Positions 1 through 10,242 of a stretch of DNA of 64,000 bases are shown in pieces. Made by a program: the position numbers and the translations under genes. The notes under the pieces are model-generated. The model was not told the DNA's origin and searched no databases. It worked only from the letters and a program-made list of their open reading frames with translations. Source of the stretch: an uncultured Bacteroides sp. (lineage in GTDB: Bacteria; Bacteroidota; Bacteroidia; Bacteroidales; Bacteroidaceae); NCBI GenBank assembly GCA_905198575.1, contig CAJKDC010000003.1, positions 2,199-66,198 on the forward strand, read 5' to 3'. Numbering within the stretch: position 1 is the stretch's first letter; every line of letters starts with the position of its first letter.

Positions 1-48
1 GAATCTGCCGTAAAGTTTCTACTAAAGCTGACAAATGAACATATCTAA
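1..48 (+). CDS. Possible 3' end of an upstream gene (…ESAVKFLLKLTNEHI*)
   Basis: Frame 1 is open from base 1 to a TAA at 46-48, followed by AT-rich intergenic DNA. Too short to identify. Confidence 0.35.
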   Translation, partial: ESAVKFLLKLTNEHI

Positions 49-75
49 CTAACTTGCACCAATGAAAAGAATCTA

Positions 76-83
76 TATATTTG
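76..83 (+). promoter_or_regulatory. Bacteroidetes primary-sigma -7 element for fabK
   Basis: TATATTTG matches TAnnTTTG and is followed by CA. Confidence 0.6.
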
Positions 84-200
84 CAAAAAGCACGCGCATA
101 CTGCACCGTATTTTATTTCTTCCTGCATGATTGGAAAACCAATACGGTCAGTGAAAAAAATAATTATAGATTTATATCGTTAATACACAATATCAGTTCA

Positions 201-1142
201 ATGGAAAACAGAATTACAAAATTATTCGGAATAAAATACCCGATTATATCTGGCGGAATGGTATGGTGCAGCGGATGGAAACTGGCTACAGCCGTAAGCA
301 ATGCTGGCGGTCTGGGACTCTTGGGCGCCGGTTCTATGAAGCCTGACCTATTAAGAGAGCACATCCAGAAATACAAGGCAGCCACAGACAAACCTTTTGG
401 GGTAAACATCCCACTGATTTCACCTTACTCCGAAGCACTGATACAAGTAATCTTAGAAGAAAAAGTTCCTATCGTATTTACTTCTGCCGGTAATCCCAAA
501 ACATGGACTCCCCGGCTTCATGATGCTGGCATAAAGGTTGCCCACGTAGTAGCCAGCAGCCGATTTGCATTGAAATGTCAGGAAGCGGGAGTAGATGCTG
601 TTGTGGCAGAAGGTTTTGAAGCCGGAGGACACAACGGCAGAGAGGAGACAACTACCATGGTACTGATACCTCAGGTTAAAGAAAAGCTGGACCTCCCGCT
701 GATAGCTGCCGGAGGAATCGCAACGGGAAGCGGTATGCTGGCTGCTTTTTCACTGGGGGCAGAAGGTATACAGATGGGAACACGCTTTGCGCTGACTGCA
801 GAAAGCTCGGCCAGTGATGCCTTTAAAAACAAATGTATCCAACTGAATGAAGGCGATACCATGCTGGCTCTGAAAAAACTGGTTCCTACCCGACTGATCA
901 AAAATGAATTTTACGACTGCATTGCAAAAGCAGAAGATAACGGTGCTACAGCCGAAAAACTTCGAGAGATACTTGGGAAAGGCCGGGCCATGAAAGGAAT
1001 TTTCGAAGGGAATCTTATTGAAGGTGAATTGGAAATAGGACAGATAGCCAGTTTGATTCACGACTTACCCCCTGTGCAGGATGTCATGGAGCAGATTGTA
1101 TCCGAGTATAATAAACGCATCGGAGAACTGCAAACCCTGTAA
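201..1142 (+). CDS. fabK: Enoyl-ACP reductase II (FMN-dependent; nitronate monooxygenase family)
   Basis: Motifs PIISGGMVWCSGWKLA, AEGFEAGGHNG and IAAGGIA closely resemble Porphyromonas-type FabK. ATG 201 is preferred over the upstream TTG. Confidence 0.85.
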   Translation: MENRITKLFGIKYPIISGGMVWCSGWKLATAVSNAGGLGLLGAGSMKPDLLREHIQKYKAATDKPFGVNIPLISPYSEALIQVILEEKVPIVFTSAGNPKTWTPRLHDAGIKVAHVVASSRFALKCQEAGVDAVVAEGFEAGGHNGREETTTMVLIPQVKEKLDLPLIAAGGIATGSGMLAAFSLGAEGIQMGTRFALTAESSASDAFKNKCIQLNEGDTMLALKKLVPTRLIKNEFYDCIAKAEDNGATAEKLREILGKGRAMKGIFEGNLIEGELEIGQIASLIHDLPPVQDVMEQIVSEYNKRIGELQTL

Positions 1143-1148
1143 CCAAGC

Positions 1149-1191
1149 AACCATGCATGTATTTACTTTCCAGACAGCAACATGCATGGTT
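1149..1191 (+). terminator. Stem-loop after fabK
   Basis: 12-bp inverted repeat AACCATGCATGT / ACATGCATGGTT followed by T-rich sequence. Confidence 0.55.
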
Positions 1192-1271
1192 TACTTAAGA
1201 AACACTTTATTTATAAGATACTTATCCATACTTTCTCTTAGCTGTATACTAAGCAAATGAAATATAATGCG

Positions 1272-1279
1272 TATCTTTG
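1272..1279 (+). promoter_or_regulatory. -7 promoter element
   Basis: TATCTTTG(CA) about 40 nt upstream of ATG 1318. Confidence 0.65.
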
Positions 1280-1317
1280 CAGCCCTATTAATAAATTTAT
1301 GAGTTCAGGCAAGCCTT

Positions 1318-2361
1318 ATGCATAATTTTGACCATATCACCATCTATCCGGAAGTTTCTATTCACAGTGTAGGCAACCAGATGGATACCACATCTTTCAT
1401 GCTTTCTGGAACTCCCCTATCCTTATCCTCTGAACTGACAGAGGCTTTGAAAATATTTTTTTTATCTCAATTCAAAAAAGAAGAATACTTTCGGTTCAGT
1501 ATTTCCAAGGAAGAAACTGACAATCAGGTCTATCAGTCTGTTTTCAATATATTTCATGACATCTCGACCCTGCACCAAGAATCGCAGCGTATCGCGACAT
1601 TTTTGCACGAAAGCAGTGTACACCCGCAAATTAAAAAAGGAGAATTTTATGTAGTCTATTTCAAGAAATGCCTGATTGACCATCAGGAAACAGATGCCAT
1701 CGGCCTGTTTAAGTCGGAAAGCAAAGATACGTTTCTGAAAGTCCAGCAGATTGGTGACTCCTTCGAAATCGAACCGGAGCGAGGAGTAAACATCAACAAA
1801 CTGGATAAAGGATGCCTTATCTTCAACACTGCAGAGGAAGAAGGATACAAAATGGCCATAGTAGACAACACGAACAGAAATACAGAAGCGAAATATTGGA
1901 CCAATGATTTTCTGCATATTGCTCCGTATGAGGATAATTATTTCCAAACTCAGCAGATTATGGAACTTTGTAAAAGTTTCGTAGAAGAAACCATCCAGCC
2001 GACAGAAGCTACCGGAAAGGTAGAGCAGGCAATGCTGTTAAACAAAAGTCTTGAAGCTCTGAAAAAGAAGGAAATAAACATCAACCGTTTTGCAGAGGAA
2101 GTCTTTGAACAACCCGAGCGAATTGAGCATTTCAAGCAATTCAAAAAAGATTATCAGAAAAAAAACAATATCACCTTACAAGACGATTTTGAAGCGACTC
2201 CGCAAGCTTTCAAAAGAAAAGGTATGGGGACAATGACCACAATCCGCCTGGATAAGAATTTCGACATCAACATCCATGGTGGAGAGCAACTGATTGAGCG
2301 AGGATACGACGAAGAGAAAGGTATGTATTATTATCGCTTGTTTTTCATCGAGGAGAGGTAA
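1318..2361 (+). CDS. Nucleoid-associated protein (YejK/NdpA, NA37-like family)
   Basis: 347 aa with IHSVGN, GLFKSE, LDKGCLIF and YWTNDFL motifs typical of Bacteroidetes members. Confidence 0.75.
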   Translation: MHNFDHITIYPEVSIHSVGNQMDTTSFMLSGTPLSLSSELTEALKIFFLSQFKKEEYFRFSISKEETDNQVYQSVFNIFHDISTLHQESQRIATFLHESSVHPQIKKGEFYVVYFKKCLIDHQETDAIGLFKSESKDTFLKVQQIGDSFEIEPERGVNINKLDKGCLIFNTAEEEGYKMAIVDNTNRNTEAKYWTNDFLHIAPYEDNYFQTQQIMELCKSFVEETIQPTEATGKVEQAMLLNKSLEALKKKEININRFAEEVFEQPERIEHFKQFKKDYQKKNNITLQDDFEATPQAFKRKGMGTMTTIRLDKNFDINIHGGEQLIERGYDEEKGMYYYRLFFIEER

Positions 2362-2429
2362 AAAACCTTCTATTTTATAGTATTAATTGTCAATCTTGCA
2401 AATAGTGACTGAAAAACCAATAATATTGG

Positions 2430-2437
2430 TAACTTTG
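2430..2437 (+). promoter_or_regulatory. -7 promoter element for cls
   Basis: TAACTTTG(CA) 30 nt upstream of the ATG. Confidence 0.65.
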
Positions 2438-2466
2438 CAAGCCTGTATCAAGCAAAAAAATTATTT

Positions 2467-3747
2467 ATGACGATATTTGACAAACGTGTTTTATTTCCCA
2501 TTTTCCTGATTTTATGTATCTTAGCCATACCTGTATCCGTAAACGGACAAGACAGTATCAGGCTTTTTACATCTACCCCTTCGGATTCCGTGGTTACACG
2601 TTATTTAAAAGAAAACAAGATAAATATTTCCGGTAACAACAAGGTCGTATTGCTAAAAAGCGGCCGGGAAAAATTCGAGGACCTTTTTGAACACATTGAA
2701 AAAGCTCAGCACTTTATACATCTGGAATATTTTAATTTCAGAAACGACTCCATCGCCAGAGAGCTCTTTGTACTGCTTGGCAAGAAAGCACGACAAGGTG
2801 TTAAAATCAGAGCCATGTTCGATGCATTCGGAAACCTGTCCAACAATAAGCCTCTACGGGCCAAACATATCAAACTGTTACTACAACACGATATCGAAAT
2901 CGTACAGTTTGATCCGATGCGCTTTCCATACATTAATCATGCGTTCTCCAGAGACCATCAGAAAATTGTAGTAATCGACGGTAAAGTAGGCTATACCGGA
3001 GGTATGAACATTGCCAATTATTACATCAACGGTCTCCCGGAAATCGGCGCATGGCGTGACATGCATGTACGCATCGAAGGTGATGCGGTGAACGATTTAC
3101 AGCGTATTTTCCTGTATATGTGGAACAGCGAAACCAAACAAAACATTGGAGGGGATGAGTTTTTTCCACTGAGTCAGCCAGGCGTAAAAACCAACGGCAA
3201 TAAACAAATGGCTATCGTAAACCGTATTCCGAAAAAACAACCTAAGCTGTTACGGCATACCTACATAGAAGCCATTAATGCCGCAAAACGTAAAATACAA
3301 CTTATCAATCCGTATTTTACTCCGACCCACAGTGTGGTAAAAGCACTGGAAGATGCTTTGGCACGTGGTGTCAGGGTGGAAATCATGATTCCGGGGAAAT
3401 CAGACATTCCATTTACACCGGATGCAGCTTTCTATGCGGCAAACCAACTGAGAAAGAAAGGAGCTTTTATCTATATCTATAACGGCGGATTCCATCATTC
3501 AAAAATTATGATGATAGACGAACGGTTTTGCACAGTAGGAAGCATGAATCTGAATTCCAGAAGTTTACGCTATGACTACGAAGTAAACGCTTTTATATTC
3601 GACATGGAAACGACAGCAGAACTGGTGGATATGTTTAATGAAGACAAAAAGAACTCCACCATCCTAACCAAAGATGTATATAGAGACAAACCACTGAGAA
3701 AGCGGATTAAAGGATGGGTAGCACGATTGTTTACCCCATTCATATAA
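2467..3747 (+). CDS. cls: Cardiolipin synthase (phospholipase D family)
   Basis: Two HKD motifs (HQKIVVIDG and HSKIMMIDE), WRDMH, and an N-terminal hydrophobic segment. Confidence 0.85.
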   Translation: MTIFDKRVLFPIFLILCILAIPVSVNGQDSIRLFTSTPSDSVVTRYLKENKINISGNNKVVLLKSGREKFEDLFEHIEKAQHFIHLEYFNFRNDSIARELFVLLGKKARQGVKIRAMFDAFGNLSNNKPLRAKHIKLLLQHDIEIVQFDPMRFPYINHAFSRDHQKIVVIDGKVGYTGGMNIANYYINGLPEIGAWRDMHVRIEGDAVNDLQRIFLYMWNSETKQNIGGDEFFPLSQPGVKTNGNKQMAIVNRIPKKQPKLLRHTYIEAINAAKRKIQLINPYFTPTHSVVKALEDALARGVRVEIMIPGKSDIPFTPDAAFYAANQLRKKGAFIYIYNGGFHHSKIMMIDERFCTVGSMNLNSRSLRYDYEVNAFIFDMETTAELVDMFNEDKKNSTILTKDVYRDKPLRKRIKGWVARLFTPFI

Positions 3748-3782
3748 AAAATAGGGGCTACTCCAACGAAGTAGCCCCACTT
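3748..3782. terminator. Bidirectional intrinsic terminator between convergent cls and MFS genes
   Basis: GGGGCTACT / AGTAGCCCC stem with an A-tract before and TT after. Confidence 0.75.
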
Positions 3783-3813
3783 ATAACCAAAAATAATCAA
3801 GAAATAAACATAC

Positions 3814-4959
3814 TTATTTCAAACGGAAGGATACATACCCCAAGTAAACCAGGCACAACAACAATAGCAACAAAGAAGTTGTCTGATTAAAAGCATCAGA
3901 TAAAACTCCCATTAATGGTGTTACCAAAGCGCCTCCTGATACTCCCATAATCATCAAGGCTGATATTTCATTATCTTGCTGCGGACGATACTGCAATGCA
4001 TAGGAAAACAAAATGGAAAAGACATTGGCACAAGCCAATCCTAGAACAACAATCATTGCCCCCAACATCCAAAGGCCATCCGCCCAAAACAATCCGAAGA
4101 AAGCAAGTACGGCAATTGCCATCGAATATTTCAGAAAGACATTTGAAGCTACTTTAGCCAAGACAAAGGCTCCAACAAAAGCTCCAATGGTTCGGGCAGA
4201 GAAATAAAGACTGGTTCCCAGACCGGCTTCACTAAGTTCCATGCCTAGTTTTTCCATTAAAATCTTTGGGATTGTAGTATTCAGACCTACGTCAATACCT
4301 ACAACCAGCAATATCCCCATGAAAAGCATCAGGATATAGCTGTCTTTAAACAAAGAAAGAACTGTAGCCAAAGAAGTTTTCTTTGTACCTCCATCTTCTG
4401 TATTCCGAACAGCAAACATCAGCCAAAGTGCTGACAACAGTGTAGTTATTGCATAAACTATAAAAATGAGTTTCCAGTTTCCCCAAACAGAAGCTGCTGC
4501 TCCTGCAATCAACGGTCCTAAGAAAGAAGAAACAGCTTTCAGAAACTGACCTAATGTCAGGATACTGGTTATTTTATCGGAAGAAACCACACTGGCAACC
4601 ATCGGATTCAATGCAACCTGAAGCATGGTATTACCAATTCCCAACAATGCAAATGCCAATAATACAACTGTAAAGTTGTAAGCAAACAAAGGTAACAGCA
4701 TAGCCAGAAAAGTAACAGCGAGTGCAGCCTCAACCGTATTTTTCTTTCCAATTTTACGCATCAGCATCCCTGTGGGCACGGAACAAACCGCAAACCACAG
4801 GAAAACCATCATTGGTATCAAATTGGCCAATGTATCAGACAAAAGAAAGTCTTTCTTTACATAATTGGTAGCAATGCCTACCACATCGACAAATCCCATT
4901 ACAAAGAATCCAAAAAGCAATGGGAAAAGTGCAACTTTTGATATTGATTTTGTTTCCAT
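3814..4959 (-). CDS. MFS sugar transporter (FucP/GluP-like)
   Basis: About 12 hydrophobic segments, LQVALNP motif, last gene of a sugar operon. Confidence 0.85.
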   Translation of the reverse strand: METKSISKVALFPLLFGFFVMGFVDVVGIATNYVKKDFLLSDTLANLIPMMVFLWFAVCSVPTGMLMRKIGKKNTVEAALAVTFLAMLLPLFAYNFTVVLLAFALLGIGNTMLQVALNPMVASVVSSDKITSILTLGQFLKAVSSFLGPLIAGAAASVWGNWKLIFIVYAITTLLSALWLMFAVRNTEDGGTKKTSLATVLSLFKDSYILMLFMGILLVVGIDVGLNTTIPKILMEKLGMELSEAGLGTSLYFSARTIGAFVGAFVLAKVASNVFLKYSMAIAVLAFFGLFWADGLWMLGAMIVVLGLACANVFSILFSYALQYRPQQDNEISALMIMGVSGGALVTPLMGVLSDAFNQTTSLLLLLLCLVYLGYVSFRLK

Positions 4960-4971
4960 CTTTACCTAAAT

Positions 4972-7323
4972 TTAATAATTATCTTTAGGAGATGCTCCCA
5001 TTTCAATATCCAGCTCTCCACCTTTTACTATATCGGCAAATGGGATATGCGGGGTGTGCAGAACTTCTCCATTAAGTTTGTATTGCTGTACATAATCATT
5101 TCCAGCCGTATTATTATGAAGGTTGATAACAAATTCCTTTCCTGAATAATAATCCGGATTCAAACGAATGGTGATCTTATCAAACAACGGAGCACCTAAT
5201 GCGAAAGCCGGTTGCTTGTCGGTAAGACCCTTCACATCAAACAATCCCATTGACGAAATTACGTACCAAGCTCCCAACTGTCCCTGATCTTCGTCCTGTC
5301 CGTAACCATAGCCATGGATACCTTCTGTTCCATAGAATTCATTCAGGATAGCACGTACCCATTTTTGTGTAAGTGACGGACGGCCAGCTTCGTTAAACAA
5401 CCATGAAATATGCAAGCATGGCTGATTACCATGATTATACAGAGTTTCCAGTCCGGCAAAAGCTCCTACTTCGGTACCACCGCTAAAGATTTTCTTCTGC
5501 GACTGTGTGAAAATACTGTCCAAACGGGCATTGAATACATCTGCGCCTACTTTATTAACCAATGAAGTTACATCGTGTGGCACATAGAATGTATACTGCC
5601 ATGAATTTCCTTCCTGGAAGCCTCTCCATACCTGCATCGGATTGAAATTATCCACAAACTGCCCGTCAGCTTTCTTGGGATGTATGAAATTGATTTCCGG
5701 ATCATACAACCGTTCCCATCCTTTCGACAAGAAGCGTAATTTGGAAGCATTGGCAGTATCTCCCAATTGTTCGGCCCACTGAGCTACTGCCCATGAACTA
5801 TAGGAATATTCCAAAGTATGCGAAGCAGAGAACATGAAAGTTTCATGATGTCCTTCGCCTTCGTCAAGGTGAGGTACATAACCATACTTGACAAAATCGG
5901 CTGTATTGACTTTACCGGCACCAAAAGGACGGTCTTTTCCATCCAATTCATTCTTAAGACATGCTTCGTATGCCAGTTTCGTATCAAAATCACGGATTCC
6001 ACACTGATAAGCACCCGCAATAATGGTACTCAACAAATTGGTTCCCACTCCTGATACATAACGGCAGTTTGCCAGACCATCAGCCAACCAGCCGGCATCC
6101 TGATAAACGGTAAGATGACTGCTGATATAGTCGGACAAATATTCCGGATAAGCCAAGGCCCAAAGCTGAGAAAGGTTCCATTGTGCTCCCCAGGCAGCAT
6201 CGGTATTGTAAACATTATGAACCGGTTTTCCATCTTTCATAGGCAGTTGGCCTACAGTTCCATCGTTTTTAGGATAAGCACCGTTTACATCATTGGCCAA
6301 TCCTCGTCCCAACAATGCATGATAAAGACCTGTATAAAATTTCACCAAATCATCCTTTTTAGATGACTCTACACGAATCCGGCTTAAATATTCCTCCCAA
6401 GTTTTATGAGAAGCTTCCTTCACCTCATCGAAAGAGCGTTCGGCAGCTTCCTTTTCCAAGTTAATGCGTGCATTTTCTACCGAAGTATACGAAAGACCGA
6501 CTTTAGCCGTGACCGTAAGAGGTTTATCGGATGCAAAAGTCAGGTATACCCCCGAACCGACTCCTTTGGTTTCGCGCACTGAAGCTTTCACGTCCTTTCC
6601 GTTAAAAACTCCATAAGCTACAGGAGTAGCATCCACTTGTGCCGAGAAATACAAGGGAACAGTCTGTCCCGGCTGATATTTCTTTACATACTCGGGCAAT
6701 GTAATCACCCATCCTTCAATGCGACCGTCAGATGTATAAGTTACATAGGCATCTTTTATGGCACCACTTTCTCCCTGCCGGTTACCTATATCGAACAAAA
6801 TATGACCTGGCTTTCCAGCTGGATAAGAAAAACGCTGATAGGCTACACGTGGCGTTGCAGTTACTTCGGCCTTAATCTGGTAGTCATCCAAGATGACCGA
6901 ATAGTAACCCGGACGGGCAATCTCGTTATCGCGGTTAAACTTTGAACGATAACCAGTCTTGACGCTGTCTGTCGGTAATCCCGGCACAGTGCACAAATCA
7001 CCGTTGGTCGGCATCAAGACGATACCTCCCACCTGAAATTCATGCAGACAAGGGAAACCTTCAATAGACGTATCACGATAGTCGTAACCCGTAGCTTCCC
7101 ATCCCCACTTATTACCGATATGGCTATTAGTAGAAGGACCTGGTTTAGCCAGACCAAACGGCAATGCACCGGGTGTAAAATGGAACCAACGGCAATGTGC
7201 CGTTCCGATACGAGGTTCCACATAGTCTGTCAGACTTACATCGGATACAGTCTCCTGAGAAGAACTGCATGCCATGCAAAGCCATACAGACAACAAAACT
7301 GACAATTTATTTATAATAGTCAT
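4972..7323 (-). CDS. GH92 alpha-mannosidase, lipoprotein
   Basis: Lipobox (CMAC); motifs PGALPFG, QEGNSWQY (catalytic acid), HGNQP and DEDQGQLGAW. Confidence 0.9.
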   Translation of the reverse strand: MTIINKLSVLLSVWLCMACSSSQETVSDVSLTDYVEPRIGTAHCRWFHFTPGALPFGLAKPGPSTNSHIGNKWGWEATGYDYRDTSIEGFPCLHEFQVGGIVLMPTNGDLCTVPGLPTDSVKTGYRSKFNRDNEIARPGYYSVILDDYQIKAEVTATPRVAYQRFSYPAGKPGHILFDIGNRQGESGAIKDAYVTYTSDGRIEGWVITLPEYVKKYQPGQTVPLYFSAQVDATPVAYGVFNGKDVKASVRETKGVGSGVYLTFASDKPLTVTAKVGLSYTSVENARINLEKEAAERSFDEVKEASHKTWEEYLSRIRVESSKKDDLVKFYTGLYHALLGRGLANDVNGAYPKNDGTVGQLPMKDGKPVHNVYNTDAAWGAQWNLSQLWALAYPEYLSDYISSHLTVYQDAGWLADGLANCRYVSGVGTNLLSTIIAGAYQCGIRDFDTKLAYEACLKNELDGKDRPFGAGKVNTADFVKYGYVPHLDEGEGHHETFMFSASHTLEYSYSSWAVAQWAEQLGDTANASKLRFLSKGWERLYDPEINFIHPKKADGQFVDNFNPMQVWRGFQEGNSWQYTFYVPHDVTSLVNKVGADVFNARLDSIFTQSQKKIFSGGTEVGAFAGLETLYNHGNQPCLHISWLFNEAGRPSLTQKWVRAILNEFYGTEGIHGYGYGQDEDQGQLGAWYVISSMGLFDVKGLTDKQPAFALGAPLFDKITIRLNPDYYSGKEFVINLHNNTAGNDYVQQYKLNGEVLHTPHIPFADIVKGGELDIEMGASPKDNY

Positions 7324-7353
7324 GACAATAGAGGGTCTTATAAATTTATGAGT

Positions 7354-8442
7354 TTATTTAAGATGATTCAAAGCATACCAATAAGCTCCGAGTGAGATAG
7401 CCTTACTAGCTCCCAGTTTTGACAGGGCAACCCCCATACGTGGATAAGGATCGTAAGGTACCTGCAAATCCGTTCCCGGGACTTTTACACTATAGGATGT
7501 ATCGGTAAGGAAACCAACCAGCTCTTCCGGATTCTCCAGATTGAAAGCTTTCATCTGCAAACGAGGGAAACGACGGCCATCCATCATTCCAGTCTGAGCA
7601 TTCAGCTCTTTCATCAAAGCAGGAAGAATATACTTGGCAGCTCCAACTACACCTCCACCTATTACAACCAGTCCGTCAATCATGGTGATTGCTGCTGCAA
7701 TTGTGTCACCAGCCATCTCTCCCAATTCTTCGAAAGACTTGATAGCAGCCTGGGCATCTCCACGTCTTTTGCCTTCAGCAATGTCAAATATATCTTTGGG
7801 AGTAAGTTGAGTAGTATCGCCAGACAATTGTGCATATACTCTGCAGACTGCACGGATGCTGACACTTTCTTCTACAATATACTCGGGATATTTTTTGTTG
7901 CGCAGGCACCAAAGAGAACCACCAGACTGATTATCACCGTACAATAATTCTCCGTTTATAACTACGCCACCGCCAAATCCGGTTCCCAAAGTGATACCTA
8001 TCAAATTCTGATAGCGCTTGGTACTGCCTGCTTTTTCCAAACGGTGATTTATTTCAGGAAGCATTCCGGCAAGCGCTTCGCCATAAGCAAACAAGGCACC
8101 GTCGTTGTTAATAAATACCGGTATTCCAAAGTTTGCCTCCAAGAACGGACCTAAAGCAACACCTCCTCTAAATGACGGAAAATTGGGAAGGTCACCGATT
8201 ATTCCTGCCCTATAATCAGCAGGACCGGGAAAAGCAAAACTGATAGCTACCGGCTTCTGAGATAACTGGCTCTCTACTTCACGGAAACCTTTTACCAAAG
8301 TAGCCAGACATGCCTCCAAATCGTGAGAAGCTGTAGGATAATGAACAGGAGTTACAATTTCCTCACCTCCACAAATAGCAGAGAACACCAAATTGGTGCC
8401 CCCCGCATCTAACGTCATAACTATACGATGATCGTCTTTCAT
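7354..8442 (-). CDS. ROK-family sugar kinase (hexo/mannokinase-like)
   Basis: LDAGGTN, FPGP, INND and TLGTGFGGG motifs; no HTH domain. Confidence 0.85.
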   Translation of the reverse strand: MKDDHRIVMTLDAGGTNLVFSAICGGEEIVTPVHYPTASHDLEACLATLVKGFREVESQLSQKPVAISFAFPGPADYRAGIIGDLPNFPSFRGGVALGPFLEANFGIPVFINNDGALFAYGEALAGMLPEINHRLEKAGSTKRYQNLIGITLGTGFGGGVVINGELLYGDNQSGGSLWCLRNKKYPEYIVEESVSIRAVCRVYAQLSGDTTQLTPKDIFDIAEGKRRGDAQAAIKSFEELGEMAGDTIAAAITMIDGLVVIGGGVVGAAKYILPALMKELNAQTGMMDGRRFPRLQMKAFNLENPEELVGFLTDTSYSVKVPGTDLQVPYDPYPRMGVALSKLGASKAISLGAYWYALNHLK

Positions 8443-8468
8443 ATTATTAAAATAAAGTTGTAAACAAA

Positions 8469-10226
8469 TTATGATCTAAAACGTACATACGCCTTGATAG
8501 TACCGCACTGCTGTCCTTCCGATTTTCCATAAGGACGAATTGTATACTCTCCTACGGAAGCTGGAATAATGAAGGTTTCGGCATAATGTACCACAAATGG
8601 TTCGAAAGCTCCAGTAGGACTCTCTACTACGGTCTCTTCTCCTTCAACCAAGTTGAATACATTTACACCACCATTGGTATTGTGTGATACTGTACCAGTA
8701 AACCAGTGACGACGGGTTTCGATGAATTCATTTTCGTGCAAACCTGTACGTTCTTCTCTCCAACCATCTCCCTGTGCTACCTGTTCAACGTGATTTACCA
8801 GATATTTACGGGCAAAATCTGTCTGACGTTCCCACTGAATAACTTTTGAGCCGTGACCAATATTGATAGGACGTGGCAGACCATCCAAACCAAAACGACC
8901 CCAATCCCACAATTTAAAGGTAAAAATGCTAGGTGTAGAGCTGATTTCGAGAACCATTGCACCGGCTCCTGAACAGTGGATAGTACCACCAGGAATCAAA
9001 TAATGGTCGTGCTTCTTAGCAGGCCAACGGTTTACATATTTTTCTGCATCAAAAGGCTTTCCGGTTTCCTGTGATTCATTCAGCGCATCAATCATTTCTT
9101 TAGAGTTTACATCGGTCTTCAAGCCCAAGTAAACAGTTGCCCCTTCTTCTGCATCCAACAGATAATAACTTTCATCCTGAGTATAATAAATACCGAATGT
9201 ATCACGAATATACTGAGTGGTAGGATGTACCTGCAAGCTCAAGTTTCCACCTCCAATTGTATCGAGGAAGTCGAAACGAATCGGGAAATCCTGTCCAAAG
9301 CGAGCTTCAACCGGTCCTCCCAACAAATCGCATGTTTTGAAGAATACAAGGTTGTTAGAAGGCATTTCGAATAATACATCCTGTACCTTGAAATAAAGGC
9401 TGTTTTCTTCGGGTACACAATCGAAGCACCATCCATAATTATCTACAGAACTGTCCAAGTCGCACACATCCTTCATCCAATGTCCACCCCATGGTGCCGG
9501 GTCGAAGAAAGGAACCACACGGAATGGCTGATGGGCAGTCTTTTCAAGTCCTTTTCGGAGCGTATCTCCTGTAATCATCTTAGGCTGACCGGCAAGCGTT
9601 GTATCCAACCACAATGCAGCTACCGGCAAAAGCTGTTTTTTCAGTTTGTCGCATACATTCCAGTCAACAAAATAGCCTCTTTTATAGTGATAAGATGGAG
9701 CCTCAGCGTAGTTATCAACACCTAATCCACAAACTTCGTGTTTACGAGAGCGCATCTGAATTTCCCAACGGGGCATATCTGCATAAATCAACAAATCAGC
9801 GTCTGGAGCTACAACAGCTGCACCATGACCGTAAACAAGGACAACTCCAGAAAGACCGGCTAATTCATTGCGAAGATTCTGAAGTTTCTGGACATCCAGA
9901 AAATCGGCCATAGAGAAATTGGCTCTGAAACCAAACAGACGGTCATCAGTAATATATGGGTATGTCATCTGCTTTACTTCATCCACTGTTTTAAAGATAG
10001 CAGATGTGTTAAAAGCATGGTCTACATTCAAAGCCTTCAGTTCGCTCCAAAGTTCTTCATGATGTACTCCCTGATAACATTCTACGACAATCACGCAACA
10101 AGTTTTTCCCGCTGCAGCAGTTGAACGATTGTTGATTTCCTGACGGATAGCATCCCATCCCTGCCAAATGTTACCTTCGACCAAGGTAGCCGGCTGTTTG
10201 TCATAATTGCTTTTTCTCATATACAT
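8469..10226 (-). CDS. Class I mannose-6-phosphate isomerase-like protein with an extra N-terminal domain (start may be 10220)
   Basis: C-terminal cupin with PWGG, LSLQVHP, QDESY and GTIH metal-ligand motifs; about 230 extra residues at the N-terminus. Confidence 0.75.
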   Translation of the reverse strand: MYMRKSNYDKQPATLVEGNIWQGWDAIRQEINNRSTAAAGKTCCVIVVECYQGVHHEELWSELKALNVDHAFNTSAIFKTVDEVKQMTYPYITDDRLFGFRANFSMADFLDVQKLQNLRNELAGLSGVVLVYGHGAAVVAPDADLLIYADMPRWEIQMRSRKHEVCGLGVDNYAEAPSYHYKRGYFVDWNVCDKLKKQLLPVAALWLDTTLAGQPKMITGDTLRKGLEKTAHQPFRVVPFFDPAPWGGHWMKDVCDLDSSVDNYGWCFDCVPEENSLYFKVQDVLFEMPSNNLVFFKTCDLLGGPVEARFGQDFPIRFDFLDTIGGGNLSLQVHPTTQYIRDTFGIYYTQDESYYLLDAEEGATVYLGLKTDVNSKEMIDALNESQETGKPFDAEKYVNRWPAKKHDHYLIPGGTIHCSGAGAMVLEISSTPSIFTFKLWDWGRFGLDGLPRPINIGHGSKVIQWERQTDFARKYLVNHVEQVAQGDGWREERTGLHENEFIETRRHWFTGTVSHNTNGGVNVFNLVEGEETVVESPTGAFEPFVVHYAETFIIPASVGEYTIRPYGKSEGQQCGTIKAYVRFRS

Positions 10227-10242
10227 TATTTTTTCAGATTCT

